Assembly: GCA_964648985.1 (NCBI GenBank)
Contig: CAZYMS010000004.1
Coordinates: 2,793-66,792, forward strand
Direction: 5' to 3'
DNA length: 64,000 bases
Source: an uncultured Candidatus Saccharibacteria bacterium
Lineage (GTDB): Bacteria; Patescibacteriota; Doudnabacteria; UBA920
The stretch's first letter is position 1; the number at the start of each line of letters is the position of its first letter. The translations under genes and the position numbers were made by a program. Below the pieces are notes generated by a model that ran no database searches, was not told the origin of the DNA, and saw only the letters and a program-made list of their open reading frames with translations. Positions 59,821 to 64,000 of the stretch are shown piece by piece.

Positions 59821-61570
59821 TACATCCAAAGACCAGCAAGGCAAGTCCTCTGCACTGGCTGCTGCAAAAAAACTCTGGCCACTGCTTGCTACGGAAAAAG
59901 AAATTATTACAGCTGCCCTTATTGCAGTCATATTGAACTCACTGGTAAACTTGTTCGCGCCACGTCTTATAGCGCATGTGGTAGATACGTTTTTGCCAAT
60001 TAAAGATTACCACCATGTGTTGGTATACAGCGGCATCATACTTGCTATGTATACCTTTGGCCTGGTCACCAGCTATGCCCAAACACGGCTCATGGGCGGG
60101 GTAGGGCAGCGCGTGCTCTATCGTTTACGCAACTTAGTTTTTACCAAACTGCAGGAATTGCCAGTTGGATTTTTTAGTGCGAACAAAGCAGGCGATCTTA
60201 TATCCCGTATAAATAATGATACTGATAAGATAAATCAGTTCTTCTCCCAATCTTTGGTTCAATTTATGGGTAGTGTATTCCTTATGATAGGGGCCGCTAT
60301 ATTCTTGCTTTCCATTCACTTTGCACTTGGCGGCGCTGCTTTACTTCCTGCAGTTGCATTGCTTATATTTACCCAGCTTATTTCCGGATGGGTCAAGCGC
60401 CGTAACCTTTCCAGTATGCAGAGTCTGGGTGGTATGAGTGCTGAAATTCAGGAGAGCCTTAATAATTTTAAAGTAATAATTGCGTTTAATCGCCGAGATT
60501 ATTTCCGTAAGCGTTTTCAGGAAGTAAATGAGCAAAATTATACGGCATCTATTGGTTCTGGGCTTGCAAACAATACGCTGGTGCCGGTATACGGTCTTGC
60601 TTCAAATTTAGGTCAGCTCATTGTTTTGAGTTACGGTATATATCTTATTTCCACCGGTAGCTTCACCATAGGTTTGCTTATTAGTTTTCTTTCGTATGCA
60701 AATAACTTCTACAATCCACTTCGTCAGCTGGCTGCTTTGTGGGCAAGTTTTCAGCAAGCCATGGCAAGTTGGGACCGTGTTCATGAAATACTTTCTCTGG
60801 AGACAAATCTGGTCACAATACCAACACAAGGTGAAGGGTCAAGATCCAATGCGCTGCTCGAGTTTCACAATGTACATTTTAAGTATGTAGATGACGGAGC
60901 AGAAATACTTCACGGTATAAATCTAAAACTTGAGCAGGGTAAAACCTATGCCTTGGTTGGTCCTACGGGCGGGGGAAAAACTACTACTGCGTCGCTCATG
61001 GCTCGGCTCTATGATCCAACCGAAGGTAGTGTGCTGCTGGGCGGTCAAGATATTCGCAGTTTTAGCGCAGAAGAGCGGACAAAAAAGATTGGATTTATTT
61101 TGCAAGATCCTATACTTTTTACGGGTACTGTCCGCGAGAATTTAGCTTACGGCAATGTTGAGTATAAAGACCTAACCAGTGAACAGTTGGAAAAAGTGAT
61201 TAATGATGCAGGACTCGGGAGCTTGCTTGCGCGGTTCGACGAAGGTTTGGAAACAAAGATAACTGCAACAGGCGATTCCATTAGTCTTGGTCAAAAGCAG
61301 CTTATAGCGTTCATGCGTGCAGTGCTCCGTAAACCCGAACTGCTTATACTTGATGAAGCTACAGCTAACATAGATACCGTTACGGAAGGATTGCTTCAGC
61401 AGGTACTTGATAAACTACCGCAGTCTACTACTCGCGTTATTATTGCGCACCGCTTGAACACCATAGCCAACGCAGATGAAATATTCTTCGTGAATTCCGG
61501 ATCGCTCACCCCTGCCGGTTCCATGGAGCACGCAGTGGATATGCTGCTACACGGAAAACGTGAGAGCTAA
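59804..61570 (+). CDS. ABC exporter half (permease + ATPase)
   Basis: GPTGGGKT, ISLGQKQ, LILDEAT, IAHRL; heterodimer partner of the previous gene. Confidence 0.93.
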   Translation: MNYSLNTSKDQQGKSSALAAAKKLWPLLATEKEIITAALIAVILNSLVNLFAPRLIAHVVDTFLPIKDYHHVLVYSGIILAMYTFGLVTSYAQTRLMGGVGQRVLYRLRNLVFTKLQELPVGFFSANKAGDLISRINNDTDKINQFFSQSLVQFMGSVFLMIGAAIFLLSIHFALGGAALLPAVALLIFTQLISGWVKRRNLSSMQSLGGMSAEIQESLNNFKVIIAFNRRDYFRKRFQEVNEQNYTASIGSGLANNTLVPVYGLASNLGQLIVLSYGIYLISTGSFTIGLLISFLSYANNFYNPLRQLAALWASFQQAMASWDRVHEILSLETNLVTIPTQGEGSRSNALLEFHNVHFKYVDDGAEILHGINLKLEQGKTYALVGPTGGGKTTTASLMARLYDPTEGSVLLGGQDIRSFSAEERTKKIGFILQDPILFTGTVRENLAYGNVEYKDLTSEQLEKVINDAGLGSLLARFDEGLETKITATGDSISLGQKQLIAFMRAVLRKPELLILDEATANIDTVTEGLLQQVLDKLPQSTTRVIIAHRLNTIANADEIFFVNSGSLTPAGSMEHAVDMLLHGKRES

Positions 61571-61585
61571 ATTAGCTGCAATTTT

Positions 61586-61622
61586 AAAAGGGTGGCCCTT
61601 TACTCCAAAGGGTCACCCTTTT
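61586..61622. repeat. palindromic repeat family B; terminator
   Basis: aaaagggtggccctttactccaaagggtcaccctttt. Confidence 0.7.
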
Positions 61623-61659
61623 GCTTCTAACTTTGGTGGCATATGCTATAGTAAAAACA

Positions 61660-61992
61660 ATGAACATGACCAAGAAAATTTTGATTGGAATAGGTGTTGC
61701 GCTTCTTTGCGTGGTTTTGCTTATGGCAGGCTTTAGAACATATTTGTCATGGACCCATCAGTACTTTCGCGGTACGCTCACAAAGCAAGGGGAACATGCG
61801 TATACACTTCATACTGCCACCGGTCCATTACCTGTGCATGTTAGTGGTAGAACGCGGATTCGCGCAGGAAGGCATGCTGTTGCTCTGGTAGTTCGGCAAG
61901 GGGAGTCTGCCGTTGTAGTTGGCAAAGTAAATGAAAATGGATTACTGGAGGCACGTTTTATTCGGTTTGTAAAAACAAGATACGGTCGGTGA
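61660..61992 (+). CDS. small exported OB-fold-like hypothetical protein
   Basis: N-terminal TM; T-x-I...GE.AVVVG...LEARFI. Confidence 0.6.
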   Translation: MNMTKKILIGIGVALLCVVLLMAGFRTYLSWTHQYFRGTLTKQGEHAYTLHTATGPLPVHVSGRTRIRAGRHAVALVVRQGESAVVVGKVNENGLLEARFIRFVKTRYGR

Positions 61993-62056
61993 TTAATAAA
62001 ATTATTAGGAAACTATGGCCTTAGAGCATTGCATGAGCGGGGAACTCAATTGATTA

Positions 62057-62428
62057 ATGAGTATGTTAGCTGTAGCTTCAGAATTTAGATTTATTCTTTA
62101 TCCAAAAGATTTTTACCGTGTTAGGAAATTTTACGAGGAGACTTTAGGGTATTCTATTGTAACCGAGTGGGATGACGGAGCAGAAAGTAGTGGGGTCATG
62201 TTTAATACGGGCGCCGCAACGCTTGAGCTACTATCCCCTAAGCCTGATTATATTCCGGTACAAGGTGTAACTATTGCTCTACAGATAAATAATGTTATGG
62301 CGTTGTGGGAAGAGCTAAAAGACCAAGTAACTGTGGTATTTGATCCTAGACACAACGAATGGGGCGACACCTCATTTGGGATTAGTGATCCAGAAGGTTT
62401 GCATATAACTTTCTTTAAAAACGATTAG
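62057..62428 (+). CDS. VOC/glyoxalase family protein
   Basis: FYEETLG...WGDTSFGISDPEG. Confidence 0.88.
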   Translation: MSMLAVASEFRFILYPKDFYRVRKFYEETLGYSIVTEWDDGAESSGVMFNTGAATLELLSPKPDYIPVQGVTIALQINNVMALWEELKDQVTVVFDPRHNEWGDTSFGISDPEGLHITFFKND

Positions 62429-62561
62429 GCATTAAAATTGCACCATCTAAGAATAGAGATACTGTCTTGCATTATATATGTTACATTCATTATTATATTT
62501 TAGTTGCGGTACTCTCTTGCTGGGATGTTCATAAATAGTATTTTGATTAAATTTGATTCGC

Positions 62562-63752
62562 ATGTCGGAAAATAGTTTTCATAAGGAACAATTTGTTAGT
62601 AATAGGGATGAAATAGAAACGAGCGAAGTTAATCTTAGCGCTGAGTTAGTAGAGGCTCAGAATAATGAGCAAGAGCTGGCTAAGGAGGATGGCAAGTTTT
62701 TTTATAAGCTCTCTGCAGTTAGAAATAAATTTAAAAAGATGGGTCCATGGCTCGCACTGATGGGCGCATCTTTGTTTGCGGCAGAACGCGTGGAAATTAT
62801 CAATACTGGTTCATACGAGAACAAGAATAGGGCGCAAGCTGAAATGATAGACCATGGTATTACAACTGAGCAACAACGCGTATATAAAAAAGGGTTAAGC
62901 GAGCTTGCCTATCAGGCAATTGATCCTGTCGGGTATCCTGAGAATGGCAAGGAGCGCGCAGAAAGATGGCAACAAGCTTCTGAAAACCTGGCGCATTTGA
63001 ATGAAACTAACTTGAGGTACTCCACCAAAGATGCTCAGTTTAGTAATTACGCATCAAAAGAGGATGCGTGGAGGTTGTATTTGGGTTTGCCTGAGAGATT
63101 CCACACATTTGGAATATCAGATTATAGGCCAAATAACAGCAAAGAAAATATTTATTATTATAAAATAAATAATTTTCCTGAGGTTCTATCACGCCTTTTC
63201 GAGCAATATAGAAATGAACCGAGCAACGAATCCGTCCGTGGTATATTTATTACTAACTTAAAAGCGTCCGATGAACGCGGTGACCATACATGGAATGAGG
63301 CGGTAGATAAATCGCCTGCCAATGAGTTTCATGCGACAAATTGGCAAACCCCTTTATACGGTTGGGCGCTTTCTCGTTTTGAAGCTGACCTCGCCGAGTC
63401 GGATAAAGTTATTTTGGCTTTTGCCAATAAGAGGGCAGGCTTGGATTTGAGCCGTGTCGATTCTGTTCTTTGCTTAGACTCGGGAGAGTTAAATTTACTG
63501 GGGACTTTTACTATGAGCATTGGCAGAGATGAGAAGGGCTACTATATAAGCTATTTTGATTTATGGGACCTAAAAAACAACCCTAGAGAAAACAAGTTGG
63601 TTGGGATTGGAGGTGCTTTGCCAATATATGATCGAATATATATGACATACAATACAAAGGAAAAGAAGATTGAGTTTCTCGATTATCCAAACGCGCTTCA
63701 AAATTATCAGAAACCGCTAAAACTAACTGAGGAAGATTTTGAAATTAATTAA
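62562..63752 (+). CDS. hypothetical protein with one TM segment
   Basis: Long ORF; DAWRLYLG and YISYFDLWDL motifs; no family recognised. Confidence 0.75.
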   Translation: MSENSFHKEQFVSNRDEIETSEVNLSAELVEAQNNEQELAKEDGKFFYKLSAVRNKFKKMGPWLALMGASLFAAERVEIINTGSYENKNRAQAEMIDHGITTEQQRVYKKGLSELAYQAIDPVGYPENGKERAERWQQASENLAHLNETNLRYSTKDAQFSNYASKEDAWRLYLGLPERFHTFGISDYRPNNSKENIYYYKINNFPEVLSRLFEQYRNEPSNESVRGIFITNLKASDERGDHTWNEAVDKSPANEFHATNWQTPLYGWALSRFEADLAESDKVILAFANKRAGLDLSRVDSVLCLDSGELNLLGTFTMSIGRDEKGYYISYFDLWDLKNNPRENKLVGIGGALPIYDRIYMTYNTKEKKIEFLDYPNALQNYQKPLKLTEEDFEIN

Positions 63753-63814
63753 AGTATAAGAATGCGCAATAATACATATGCCAGTAATCTGCAGCGTATG
63801 TATTTTTTTATAGT

Positions 63815-64000
63815 ATAAAAAATCATTACTTATTTGTATTTAGTGCGGTGGTGCTGCTTGCCGTAGGGTGTAATTCTACTGCGCAGGTAATGCCTCTGCC
63901 TACTCCATCTGATCGAAATGCTAACCTTAAACCAGTGAGTGACGTCGCGGTCGCTGCTGCAGTGCCTGTTGCCGCAGTGCCTCCTGTGAATACTGAGTCA
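63815..64000 (+). CDS. putative lipoprotein, 3'-truncated, no canonical start codon
   Basis: IKNHYLFVFSAVVLLAVGCNST lipobox; frame open to window end; begins at ATA. Confidence 0.5.
   Translation, partial: MKNHYLFVFSAVVLLAVGCNSTAQVMPLPTPSDRNANLKPVSDVAVAAAVPVAAVPPVNTES

Overview
Bacterial chromosomal window, probably from a Patescibacteria (CPR) genome. This is inferred from the dense small hypothetical genes, the absence of core metabolism, an LLAVGCN lipobox, HPxGxLV-type surface-protein tails and CPR-like intergenic palindromes. Most of it is an accessory strip of small stress and detoxification genes (VOC x4, DUF1801 x3 plus a pseudogene, SDR, NUDIX, HIT, SRPBCC, FKBP, GyrI-like, MarR-ABC exporter), plus three large surface proteins including a 5511-aa GLUG/Gly-rich/FN3 giant. 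Two loci stand out. (1) 51345-55671: an OmpR-type regulator, an unannotated 35-aa ComX-like Trp peptide, a membrane histidine kinase and a fused class II terpene cyclase/ComQ-like prenyltransferase, which together look like a re-assorted ComQXPA-like prenyl-peptide quorum-sensing system. (2) 21300-23189: a highly structured ~540-nt leader containing a hidden 50-codon ORF, then an XRE-HTH gene and a divergent reverse transcriptase, resembling a type VI-like retron. No rRNA, tRNA or CRISPR array was seen. All family assignments come from reading motifs by eye, not from database searches.
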